Assembly: GCA_910576985.1 (NCBI GenBank)
Contig: CAJTLA010000001.1
Coordinates: forward strand, 1 to 60,436
Direction of reading: 5' to 3'
DNA length: 60,436 bases
DNA from: an uncultured Bacilli bacterium
GTDB lineage: Bacteria; Bacillota_I; Bacilli_A; RF39; UBA660
Under the pieces are notes generated by a model, which was not told the DNA's origin, ran no database searches, and was given only the letters and a program-made list of their open reading frames with translations. Below, piece by piece: positions 35,033 to 44,427 of the stretch. Every line of letters begins with the position of its first letter. Position 1 is the stretch's first letter. The position numbers were made by a program, and so were the translations under genes.

Positions 35033-35941
35033 TTATTTTCCAAATCCATTTTTTTCAAAGAATTCTAATGTTACTTCTTTGGTCGCTGCGCCTTCTTGTG
35101 AGTCTACTACTTCTTTGTTTTCAATAATTAAAGTTAATGGAGTTCCCCAGCTTTCTTTGTCTTTAAAGTAAGATAATGAAGTAATTTTGCTACTGTCTTC
35201 GCTTTCTAAAGCTGTCATATCAATATAATAAATTGAAATGTTTTTTTCTTGTGCGATTTCATTGATGGTTGGTTTGAATGCTGTACAAGCACCACAACCT
35301 GTCTGTCCTAATACAATAATTGATTTTTCTCCACTTTCATAAATTTCTTCATATTGACTATAGTTGATAAATGAAATGTTTGGATATTGACTTTCATCTG
35401 AATCATCAGTAGTTTCTTCTTTGCTCGCATTACTACTAGATATATATGATTCTTCACTTCCAATAATTTCATGTTCTTGTAGTTCATCAAATAAGCTAGA
35501 TTCGGTAATGTATCCTGGAATTTCATCTATTTTTTTCCCATTTTCTAAGAATGCTACATAAGGAGTTCCAAAGTTATCAATGTCTACCCCAACTTTTTCT
35601 AATAGTTCTGTTAGTTCTTCTGTATCCATGATAGCTGCATCTACGTAATAATAAGTAAAATCATAAGCTTCACTTAAGTATTTCATCTGTGGAGTAAATT
35701 CTGAACATACACTACAGCTAGAACTTCCGATATATAGTACTTTTTTCCCTTCTCCATTAAAAGCTTCTTTATAATCTGTTGAATATTGTCCATCATATTC
35801 AGCAACATTGTTGTTACCGCTTTCATTTTCTGTTGGCTTCAGTGTTCTACTTTCTGTTTTGATTACACCTATCACAATTAATAAAAATAATAAAACGCCA
35901 ATCACAGTTACTATGATTATTGCTCTTTTCTTTTCATTCAT
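35033..35941 (-). CDS. Membrane-anchored protein with two thioredoxin-fold domains
   Basis: N-terminal TM segment. The two CxxC motifs are SSSCSVCSEF and QTGCGACTAF, each followed by a WGTP/FGTP cis-Pro loop. Confidence 0.7.
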   Translation of the reverse strand: MNEKKRAIIIVTVIGVLLFLLIVIGVIKTESRTLKPTENESGNNNVAEYDGQYSTDYKEAFNGEGKKVLYIGSSSCSVCSEFTPQMKYLSEAYDFTYYYVDAAIMDTEELTELLEKVGVDIDNFGTPYVAFLENGKKIDEIPGYITESSLFDELQEHEIIGSEESYISSSNASKEETTDDSDESQYPNISFINYSQYEEIYESGEKSIIVLGQTGCGACTAFKPTINEIAQEKNISIYYIDMTALESEDSSKITSLSYFKDKESWGTPLTLIIENKEVVDSQEGAATKEVTLEFFEKNGFGK

Positions 35942-36034
35942 TTTTACACCTTCCTTAATATAACAAGATTATATCGTTTTTTTCTTTTCATTGTCAACTA
36001 AATTCACAAAATTATCAACTTTTCCACAGGAAAT

Positions 36035-36748
36035 TTATTTTGCATCATCTGTTATTTTCATTATTTTTCCATTTTTGATTTCTAATAAAATTGGTAATTT
36101 CATGTCATCTGTTAATGTTACTGTTTCATCGAATTTTTGTTTTTCTTCTTTTGTAAATACTGCAGGATTTAATAGTTTTATGTTTGTATTTTTGTTTAAT
36201 AAAGTTGTTACCTTTGGATCTCCTATTCTTCCAATTAATACCAATGCGTTTTCTTTTTCTTCTAGTAGTTTAAAATAAGATTCACTTGTGAGTCGTTCTA
36301 TTTTTGGGTAAGCATTTTTAAATGATTGATTGGTAATTCCATTTTTCTTCAAATAATTAAATAGTTCTAAGTCATCCATATAGCCAATCTGTTGATCTTT
36401 TATATTATTTCCTTCTGTAATGATGAGTCTTGGTGTTGAAAATGAAGTTTTTCTAATATGCAATTTTTCTAATATTTTTTCTAATTCTTTTTTGGTTAAC
36501 CAATCTACATTAATATCTTGATATTGAAAGTTATAATTTTTGCTAGCTTCTTGTAATATTGGCTTGAATAAATTACAAAAACCACATGTTGGTCTTTCTA
36601 AGAAAATAATATTTGTTTGTTTTTCTTCAAAGATGTTTTGATATATTTTTTGGAATTGGTAATGATGATATATATTTTTGATTGTAAGTCCAATCATGCC
36701 ACCAATAATACATATCACAGCACTTAATAATAATGTTTTTTTGTTCAT
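36035..36748 (-). CDS. Membrane-anchored thioredoxin-fold protein, paralogue of the downstream gene
   Basis: N-terminal TM segment. The first domain has RPTCGFCNLF and STPRL. The second, Trx-like, half lacks CxxC. The start was set at 36748 (MNKKTLLL), after a purine-rich RBS. Confidence 0.65.
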   Translation of the reverse strand: MNKKTLLLSAVICIIGGMIGLTIKNIYHHYQFQKIYQNIFEEKQTNIIFLERPTCGFCNLFKPILQEASKNYNFQYQDINVDWLTKKELEKILEKLHIRKTSFSTPRLIITEGNNIKDQQIGYMDDLELFNYLKKNGITNQSFKNAYPKIERLTSESYFKLLEEKENALVLIGRIGDPKVTTLLNKNTNIKLLNPAVFTKEEKQKFDETVTLTDDMKLPILLEIKNGKIMKITDDAK

Positions 36749-36870
36749 ACTTTCCCTACTTCCTTTTTTCATTGTAGTACGACTTATTTTTCTTGTCAAC
36801 TGTTTCAAAAGTAATTGTAGTTGTATTATGATTTTGTTATAATGGTTATGATAGAAAGGAAGCGTGTTTT

Positions 36871-37791
36871 ATGAATAACAAAGTTGTTTTAATTGGCTGT
36901 GGAAATGTTGGCATGAGTTATGCTTATGCACTTTTAAATCAAAAAACATTTGTAAATGAACTTGTATTAATTGATTTGGATCAAAAACGAATTGAAGGAG
37001 AAGTAATGGATTTAAATCATTGTCTTGCTTTTGCGCCTTCTAAAATTGATATTAAGGTTGGAACTTATGAGGCTTGTAGGGATGCTTCTATTGTTTGTAT
37101 TTGTGCAGGAGCGAATCAAAATCCTGGGGAAACTAGAATGGATTTAATTCATAAAAATAGTAAAATTTTTAAATCTATTGTGACAGAAGTGATGAATTCT
37201 GGTTTTCAGGGAATTTTTTTGGTGGCTACGAATCCTTTGGATGTCATGACTTATATGACTTGGAAATATTCTGGTCTTCCAGTAAATCGTGTGATTGGAT
37301 CGGGAACTAGTTTGGATACTGCTAGACTTCGTTATATGATTGGCGAAAAATTAGGAGTGAGTCCTAAAAATGTGCATGCTTATGTCATTGGTGAACATGG
37401 GGATAGTGAATTTGTTCCTTGGAGTAATGTAAATATAGGATTACAAAATATCAGTCATTTTTTAACAGAGCAGGAATGTCATGACATTTATCTTAATGTT
37501 AGAAATGCTGCTTATGAAATTATCAACCGAAAAGGGGCAACTTATTATGGAATTGGAATGTGTTTGGTTCGAATTACAAATGCGATTCTAGGCGATGAGA
37601 ATAGTATTATCACTGTATCTGCTTATGATGATGCTAATGACATTTATATTGGAAGTCCTTGTATTTTAAACAAAAATGGGATTAAGGAACGTGTGCTAGT
37701 AAATTTAAATGATGATGAATTGCAGAAGTTACAACAATCTATTGATATTTTAAAAAAAGCAACCCATGAAAATGCCAGTCTAGGAGACTAA
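36871..37791 (+). CDS. ldh: L-lactate dehydrogenase
   Basis: Sequence KVVLIGCGNVGMSYAYAL...ICAGANQNPGETRMDL...GSGTSLDTARLR...IGEHGDSE. Confidence 0.93.
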   Translation: MNNKVVLIGCGNVGMSYAYALLNQKTFVNELVLIDLDQKRIEGEVMDLNHCLAFAPSKIDIKVGTYEACRDASIVCICAGANQNPGETRMDLIHKNSKIFKSIVTEVMNSGFQGIFLVATNPLDVMTYMTWKYSGLPVNRVIGSGTSLDTARLRYMIGEKLGVSPKNVHAYVIGEHGDSEFVPWSNVNIGLQNISHFLTEQECHDIYLNVRNAAYEIINRKGATYYGIGMCLVRITNAILGDENSIITVSAYDDANDIYIGSPCILNKNGIKERVLVNLNDDELQKLQQSIDILKKATHENASLGD

Positions 37792-39282
37792 ACTGGTATT
37801 TTTTTGTACTTTGTTTGTGATACAATCTTGCAATTTATTTAACAAATTCATTTTCTCTGTTGCAATACTCATTTTCGTACCCTTTTTTTCATTTGAATTT
37901 TCAAATTCTAAATAGGCTTGTTTTACGGTTATCATGATTAAAAAAGCAAAAGAGGTTTCTAGTGATGGATTTTTTAAGCAAATTTGTTCTAACCAAAAGC
38001 AAAATTGGTCTTCTTCGATTTTATTTTTTGAATCATATAGTTCTTTTAATTGACTTTTTAATTCTTGAATTTTTTTACTACTTCTAGTTTGATTGTCACT
38101 CAGTGACTTTAAATACTTTTCTTGAATCTGGCGGTAATTTTCCAATGTCCCATATTCTTCTATTTCAGATCGTTCTTTTCTATATTCTTCTTCTGATAGT
38201 TCTTGTGATTGGTAAGATTTTTCTACTTCTTTTATTGCTTCTTCTTTTTCCTGTGCTAACGCATTTGCTAGTTTTTCTGGATTTTCTAATAGTTGTTTTA
38301 ATTGAATCATTTCTGTTTGACGTCTTTCTGTCACTTTTTTAATACTCTGAATATCATCTTCTATGTATGATATTTGACTCGCAATAAAGCTTAATTCACA
38401 CAATTTTTGACTAGTCCAATGATGGATCGCACTTATTAATACATCGGGTCTTTTTTGATGATAACAGTTTAAAATATAAATGATATGGGCGAATATTTTA
38501 TCTACTGGAAGTTGTGGAAATCTGCTTTTTAACATTTGAAAAGAGTCCATTGTAGAATCATTATTTTTAGCTAACTCTTCTAATATTTCATCTCCAAATA
38601 AAATTTGTAACATTTGATATAAATTACTATATGTAGGATAAGAAGTATTTGCTGTTATTTCTAATGTACTATTTTTGTCTGAAACTTCATCTATTTGATA
38701 AGTAACAGAATCTAAATGAAGCATAGTTTCTCTCGTGGCGGCTCTTCCTTCATACAACATTTTACGAATTTCAAATGACATGGGAATGGATGAGTTTAAT
38801 AAAAATGACAACCTTCCTTCTTCTAAATGGGTCATTTCATGAAGTACAGTAGTACATTCGCTAAGAGGATCTAATTGTTCTAGGGAAAAAATCATTCCTT
38901 CATGTTTCCATGTGAAACCTAAGCAACTACAATAGTAGGAACCATTTGGGGTTGGAACATATTTTCCATCGATCAGTTCTAGATTGCCTGTTTTATTTTT
39001 TGATGCTTTAATGTCTTCTCGAAATACTCTTGATGCTTCATTATCTAGATTCAGTTCATCCAATTTAATGATGGCATATCCATTCATAGTTTCTAAAACA
39101 TGTAAGTATTCCTCTATCATTTCTGTTCTGGTTCTTTTGATATATGATGGTTGAATATAGCGATTATACATTAAAATAATTGTATTTCGTAAATTTTTTT
39201 TGGCTTGTTCAGTGAAGTGTTTAGTACTCAAAATTTGATCTATTCTGGCAATTAGTTGTTCTTTTTCATGACTCATTACCAT
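37780..39282 (-). CDS. Uncharacterised cytoplasmic protein with a zincin HExxH motif and a long C-terminal coiled coil
   Basis: 500 aa. Contains TTVLHEMTHLEEG, a Glu/Lys/Gln-rich heptad-like region around residues 300-420, and no TM segment or signal peptide. No family was recognised. Confidence 0.5.
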   Translation of the reverse strand: MVMSHEKEQLIARIDQILSTKHFTEQAKKNLRNTIILMYNRYIQPSYIKRTRTEMIEEYLHVLETMNGYAIIKLDELNLDNEASRVFREDIKASKNKTGNLELIDGKYVPTPNGSYYCSCLGFTWKHEGMIFSLEQLDPLSECTTVLHEMTHLEEGRLSFLLNSSIPMSFEIRKMLYEGRAATRETMLHLDSVTYQIDEVSDKNSTLEITANTSYPTYSNLYQMLQILFGDEILEELAKNNDSTMDSFQMLKSRFPQLPVDKIFAHIIYILNCYHQKRPDVLISAIHHWTSQKLCELSFIASQISYIEDDIQSIKKVTERRQTEMIQLKQLLENPEKLANALAQEKEEAIKEVEKSYQSQELSEEEYRKERSEIEEYGTLENYRQIQEKYLKSLSDNQTRSSKKIQELKSQLKELYDSKNKIEEDQFCFWLEQICLKNPSLETSFAFLIMITVKQAYLEFENSNEKKGTKMSIATEKMNLLNKLQDCITNKVQKNTSLVS

Positions 39283-39500
39283 TCCCCACTTTCAATATCC
39301 ATTTTTAGTTTTTCATAAAGCATTTTTTGAGTTGCTTCTAATGGTGAAATAAGATTCAGTAATTCAGGTTTCTGATTTTTTCCTCGTTCTATTAATAATA
39401 ATGTATCTATTTGATTAAAAATATCATTTATTTGTTTTAAGCTGTTAAAGTCATTGTTTTGTATTAATTTATAATATTGATTTTTTAGTTCTTGTTTCAT
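39276..39500 (-). CDS. Hypothetical 74-aa protein, translationally coupled to the HExxH protein
   Basis: A 7-nt overlap (ATGGTAATGA) links it to the downstream ORF. There is no obvious SD of its own. Confidence 0.4.
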   Translation of the reverse strand: MKQELKNQYYKLIQNNDFNSLKQINDIFNQIDTLLLIERGKNQKPELLNLISPLEATQKMLYEKLKMDIESGEW

Positions 39501-39559
39501 GTTTTGTTGATTAGATAATCTCTTTCACCTCGTTTTCAAATTCCTTTTTGTCTTATTGA

Positions 39560-40075
39560 TTAATTGATAATTCCTTTTAGTAGTCCAAATGATAATATCA
39601 TCATAATAATTCCTGCTAACGTTACTCCAAGAATTGCGGCAAGTAATGATTTCTTTTTGTTCATTCCAATCATGGAAGCGATTAATGATCCTGTCCATGC
39701 GCCTGTTCCTGGTAGTGGAATTCCTACAAACAGTAATAGCCCCCAAAATTCTCTTTTCTCAATTTGATCTTTTTTTGATTTTGCTTTGTTTTCAATTTTG
39801 TTGACTAACTTTGAAAGTCTTTTTGTTTTTTTCAGTTTGTCAAATAGTGGTGTAATAAACCATAGGATAAATGGGATTGGTATTAGGTTACCAATAAAGC
39901 AAATGATGAAACTCGTTACTGGGTTCATATTTAGTAAAGAGGCTGCAATTAGTCCTCCACGAAGTTCTAATATTGGAAACATAGAAATTATAAAGATAAT
40001 CATTTCTTTCCCAAATGGCATGTTGCTTAAGCCTCCAAATATGTCTAAAAATGAGTGTACTAAATTTTCTGCCAT
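39560..40075 (-). CDS. Small multidrug export protein family (COG2426-like) membrane protein
   Basis: Contains FPILELRGGLIAA, GIPLPGTGAWTGSLIA and 4-5 TM segments. Confidence 0.7.
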   Translation of the reverse strand: MAENLVHSFLDIFGGLSNMPFGKEMIIFIISMFPILELRGGLIAASLLNMNPVTSFIICFIGNLIPIPFILWFITPLFDKLKKTKRLSKLVNKIENKAKSKKDQIEKREFWGLLLFVGIPLPGTGAWTGSLIASMIGMNKKKSLLAAILGVTLAGIIMMILSFGLLKGIIN

Positions 40076-40134
40076 GTAATCAACCTTTCTATTTTTATTC
40101 TAAAGTAATTTATGGGTTTCGTCAATAAAATTTT

Positions 40135-42288
40135 TTATGGTTTTATTAATGAAAGGGCCACTTTCTTTTTTTCTAATAAAATTTCATCAACATAACAGTC
40201 TACGATATCCCCAACACTAACAATGTCCATTGGATCTTTTACATAATGGTTGGCTAGTTTTGATATATGGGCGAGTCCATCATTTTTCAGTCCGATATCA
40301 ATGAATACTCCAAATGGGGCGACATTTCGAACGGTTCCTTGTAGTTTCATTCCTACTTTTAAGTCTTCTAGGTGTAATACATCACTTTTTAAGATTGGTT
40401 TGGGCATTTCGTCACGTGGATCTCTGTTTGGTTTTTTCAAACAGTTCATGATATCTTCTAATGTATAATTATCAGTATTTAATGTTTTTGCAGTTTCTTC
40501 TAGTTGTAATTGATCTAGTTTTGTAATTAATAAATCGGTTCCGATGTCAGTTATATCCGCCTCTACTAGTTTGAGTAGTTGATGCGTTTTATCATAACTT
40601 TCTGGATGAATTCCTGTTACATCTAATGGATTTGTACCATCTACAATTCTTAAAAAACCAATTGCTTGTTCATATACTTTATCACTTAATATTTTTGATT
40701 TTTTTAATTCTTCTCTAGATTCGATTTTGCCTTTTGTTTCTCTATAGTTGATAATTTTTTCAATATTTTTCTTTGTGATTCCTGATACGTATTTTAATAA
40801 AAAGGAACTTGCTGTATTGATATTTACGCCTACTAAGTTTACTGATTTTTCTACTACAAAATCGAGTACTTCCCTTAGTCTTTTATTTGGTACATCGTGT
40901 TGATATAGTCCTACTCCAATACTTTCTGGATCAATTTTTACCAGTTCTGCCAAAGGATCTTGCAGTCTTCTACCAATACTGATGGCACTTCTTTCTTCTA
41001 CATGTAAGTCTGGAAATTCTTCGATGGCAAGTTTAGAGGCGGAGTAAACACTTGCTCCTGCTTCACTAACAATGATATATTCTACTTTTCTATTGGCATT
41101 TTTAATTACATCTGCGATAAATGTTTCACTTTCTCTACTAGCAGTTCCATTTCCAATTGCGATAATATCAATGTTATATTTTTGAATTAGTTCTAATATG
41201 ATTTTTTTACTTTCTTCATATTGATTTTTTGGTTCATGTGGATAGATTACTTTGATGTCTATTTTTTTTCCAGTTGGGTCAATCACTGCTAGTTTACATC
41301 CTGTTCTATAGGCTGGGTCAAATCCTAATACCATTTTGTCTTTCATTGGTGGTTGTAAAAGTAGGTTTTCTAGGTTTTTTCCAAAGTTTTGGGTTGCGAT
41401 TTCACTTGCTTTTTCTGTAATTTCACTGCGAATTTCTCTTTCAATTGAAGGTGCAATCAATCTTTTATAGCTATCTTTGATGGCTTCTTCTACGAGTGGG
41501 ACAACAAATGAGTGTTCATTTTTTATCATTTTTTTCTTTAAATAATTAATAAATTGTTCTTCATCTACTTCTAAGTTTACAGTAATTACTTTTTCATTTT
41601 CTGCTCGATTAAATGCTAGAACTCTATGTGCTTTGATTTGTTTGACTGATTCTTGGTAGTCATAGTACATAGAGTACACTAATTCTGGGTCTTCTGCATT
41701 TTTTTTCTTTTTTGTTACAATTTGTCCATATAGGTAACTATTGATTCTAATATATTTTCGGTAGTTCGCGTTATCGCTAATCCATTCTGCAATAATGTAA
41801 GAAGCTCCTTCTAATGCTTGTTTGGTATCTGATACATTTTCATTTAAGTAAGGAAGGGCTAAATTTTCTAAAGACCCTTGTAATGGAAAGCTTAGGATTT
41901 TTTTGGCTAATGGTTCTAATCCATTTTTGATGGCTTCGGTTGCTTTTGTTTTTTTCTTTTCTTTGTATGGTCGGTATAGGTCTTCTACTTCTACTAGTTT
42001 ATTTGCATTTAATATTTGTATTTTTAGTTCTTCTGTAAGTAATCCCTTTTCATCAATGAGTCTTATGACGTCTTCTTTTCGTTTTAATAAGTTCACTTGA
42101 TAGTGATAGACATCGGCAATTTTTCGAATTTGTTCTTCGTCTAGGTTTCCTGTAACTTCTTTTCGATATCTAGCGATAAAGGGTATGGTATTTCCATCTT
42201 CTAATAATGTTAAAGTAGATTCTACTTGTTTTGTTTTTATGTTTAGTTCTTCACTAATTTCTCTTATGATTGTTTCATTCATGTTCAT
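40135..42288 (-). CDS. tex: Tex-like transcription accessory protein with a C-terminal S1 domain
   Basis: 717 aa. Contains TIPFIARYRKE, a YqgF-like region (LGFDPAYRTGCKLAV), HhH motifs and an S1 domain (GTVRNVAPFGVFIDIG). Confidence 0.93.
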   Translation of the reverse strand: MNMNETIIREISEELNIKTKQVESTLTLLEDGNTIPFIARYRKEVTGNLDEEQIRKIADVYHYQVNLLKRKEDVIRLIDEKGLLTEELKIQILNANKLVEVEDLYRPYKEKKKTKATEAIKNGLEPLAKKILSFPLQGSLENLALPYLNENVSDTKQALEGASYIIAEWISDNANYRKYIRINSYLYGQIVTKKKKNAEDPELVYSMYYDYQESVKQIKAHRVLAFNRAENEKVITVNLEVDEEQFINYLKKKMIKNEHSFVVPLVEEAIKDSYKRLIAPSIEREIRSEITEKASEIATQNFGKNLENLLLQPPMKDKMVLGFDPAYRTGCKLAVIDPTGKKIDIKVIYPHEPKNQYEESKKIILELIQKYNIDIIAIGNGTASRESETFIADVIKNANRKVEYIIVSEAGASVYSASKLAIEEFPDLHVEERSAISIGRRLQDPLAELVKIDPESIGVGLYQHDVPNKRLREVLDFVVEKSVNLVGVNINTASSFLLKYVSGITKKNIEKIINYRETKGKIESREELKKSKILSDKVYEQAIGFLRIVDGTNPLDVTGIHPESYDKTHQLLKLVEADITDIGTDLLITKLDQLQLEETAKTLNTDNYTLEDIMNCLKKPNRDPRDEMPKPILKSDVLHLEDLKVGMKLQGTVRNVAPFGVFIDIGLKNDGLAHISKLANHYVKDPMDIVSVGDIVDCYVDEILLEKKKVALSLIKP

Positions 42289-42390
42289 TTTCTCCTTATT
42301 CTATTATGTTTTTTATGATTGTTTTTTTGTTTAGAGTATTTACTTCTCTATCATTTTCCATTATACCAATCTCTTGGAATGGAATCAATT

Positions 42391-43599
42391 TTATTTGAAA
42401 TATTTTTTGTCAATCTTTTGTTCTAAAAGGGAAGCTTTTTTTATTACTGAAATTCCAAATTTGTTTTTTAATTCATCTACTGCTTGTTCTAACTCACTGT
42501 TTTCTTCTCTTATTTCTATATTTTCAAATAGGGATACTTGGTGATTAGATTCATTGGTTAAATGGTCTAATCTGATGCCAATCAATCTCACACTATCTAT
42601 TTCCATTTCTGATAAGATCAAACAAGCTGTTTCATAGATTTCTTGTGTAATATTGGTCGCATTTTTTCGTTTTTTCTGATGAGATTTTCTTCTAAAGTAT
42701 TGATCTTTTAATGTAACTACAATGACATAGGCGTATTTTTTTTGTCTTCTTAGTCTGAGTGCTACATTTTCTGAAAGTCCCAATAGGTATTGTTTTAGTT
42801 GTTGTTTTTCTTTGATGTCATGGTCTAATGTAATTTCGTTTCCAATTCCTTTTGGAATAGAAGTTTCACTAATGACTCTTGTTTCATCAATTCCGTTTGC
42901 GGATTGGATCATCAATGCTGCTTGATTTTTGAAAAAGAGTTCTAATTTCTTTATATCTGCTTTGGCTAGATCTTCTATGGTATGGATTTTTAATTGATGG
43001 AGTTTTGGGGCTGTTTTTTTTCCGATTCCAAATAGTTCTTCTACTTGTAATGGCCACATTTTCTCTTTTATTTCATTTTGGTAAAGGGTATGAATTTTAT
43101 ATGGTTTTGAAAAGTCTGATGCCATTTTCGCACATAGTTTGTTGTTGGCTATTCCAATATTCACAGTAAATCCTAATGTGTCATAAATTTCTTTTTGTAT
43201 TTTTTTGGCGAATTCATATTGGTCCCCATATAGGTTTTTGACTTTTCCATAGTCGAGATAGCATTCATCAATAGAAGCAACTTCTATATCTGGTGAATAT
43301 TTACTGAGCAATTCAAATAATTTTTTTGACATTTCTGCATAAACTGGATAATTTGATGGATAAACTCGCAGGGCTGGGCATTTTTTTCTGGCACTATATA
43401 ATGTTTCTGCTGTTTTAATTCCCATTTTTTTTGCTCCATTTGATTTGGCTAAAACAATGCCTTTTCTTGTTTGTTCGTCTCCTCCAATCACTGCATAACT
43501 GTTTCTAATATCATATTTGTATCCTTTATTTAGTAAATCAATTGCTGACCAAGACAAGAAGGCGTTATTTACATCAATATGAAAGATGATTCTTTCCAT
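42391..43599 (-). CDS. dinB: DNA polymerase IV (Y-family)
   Basis: Sequence IFHIDVNNAFLS...ASIDECYLD...LFGIGKKTAPKL. Confidence 0.9.
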   Translation of the reverse strand: MERIIFHIDVNNAFLSWSAIDLLNKGYKYDIRNSYAVIGGDEQTRKGIVLAKSNGAKKMGIKTAETLYSARKKCPALRVYPSNYPVYAEMSKKLFELLSKYSPDIEVASIDECYLDYGKVKNLYGDQYEFAKKIQKEIYDTLGFTVNIGIANNKLCAKMASDFSKPYKIHTLYQNEIKEKMWPLQVEELFGIGKKTAPKLHQLKIHTIEDLAKADIKKLELFFKNQAALMIQSANGIDETRVISETSIPKGIGNEITLDHDIKEKQQLKQYLLGLSENVALRLRRQKKYAYVIVVTLKDQYFRRKSHQKKRKNATNITQEIYETACLILSEMEIDSVRLIGIRLDHLTNESNHQVSLFENIEIREENSELEQAVDELKNKFGISVIKKASLLEQKIDKKYFK

Positions 43600-43724
43600 G
43601 TTTTCACCTCTATTATTTATTTTATCAAAATTAATGGGGTGTGTAAATTCTTTTGGCGAAAATTTGTTCTCGTTTTTTTTTTAGTTGAAGTATGATATAA
43701 TTTTATTTGAAGGGAGTTTTTTAT

Positions 43725-44405
43725 ATGGCAGAAATGTATTCTAATGCAAATAATTGTCATCAGTTGGCATGTATTTTATATAGTAAACTAGGAGATCAAA
43801 TTCGTTTTTCGGGTGATACACGTCAAGAAAGTGTAATTGGATATTATTTTTCTAAATACAGATATCCATATGGTAAACCTATTCTTGGTAAACCCATTCT
43901 TTCTGCGTCAGAGGGTCTACCATTTTATTTCAAATATTGTGAAGATGGTTTTTTGCGATTTGAAGTCGGTTCATTTTCTTCAGATGATAAGTCTACGGGA
44001 GAAAAGTTGGCTGCGTTAAGTGATTTTTATACAGTGTTACGTTCGTATTTTGGTGAAGCTTCTGTATTCTATACAATCAAAGATGATGAGGAAGAATGTT
44101 TATCTTTACAATGGGTGTTTCAAGATCAAAAATCGGAGATTCAAAAATTTCAAGATGGGAGTTATTTTGATGATGGTGAAATCGATCAATTAATTTTGAT
44201 TGGACAAACTGATGGTGAAACTATCAAGTCATCGGTTGCTTCAAAAATGGGATTACCTTTTGAATTACTTCGTCTTGTTGATGAAAATATGGAAGATTTT
44301 GTAAAGTTTAAAATGGGAAAAAAGAGAGAAATTTCAAATGGTTCTAATGTAGAACCTGTTACTTCTTTTCAAAAAGTATACCAAGCAAATAAAAAAAGAA
44401 ACTAG
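43725..44405 (+). CDS. Hypothetical protein
   Basis: The ATG at 43725 is preceded by GAAGGGAG. No family was recognised. Confidence 0.5.
   Translation: MAEMYSNANNCHQLACILYSKLGDQIRFSGDTRQESVIGYYFSKYRYPYGKPILGKPILSASEGLPFYFKYCEDGFLRFEVGSFSSDDKSTGEKLAALSDFYTVLRSYFGEASVFYTIKDDEEECLSLQWVFQDQKSEIQKFQDGSYFDDGEIDQLILIGQTDGETIKSSVASKMGLPFELLRLVDENMEDFVKFKMGKKREISNGSNVEPVTSFQKVYQANKKRN
43872..43901 (+). repeat. 15-bp tandem duplication inside the hypothetical gene (GKPIL-GKPIL)
   Basis: ggtaaacctattctt / ggtaaacccattctt, with 1 mismatch. Confidence 0.85.
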
Positions 44406-44427
44406 TCAATAATTTCTTTTTTATTTG

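Noticed and set aside
39525-39746. A 73-aa minus-strand ORF overlapping the small multidrug export gene in another frame. The internal alternate-frame ORFs 35308-35526, 52350-52541 and 58487-58690 are of the same kind.
   Set aside because: Each is nested out of frame inside a longer ORF with a recognisable family and has no independent RBS.
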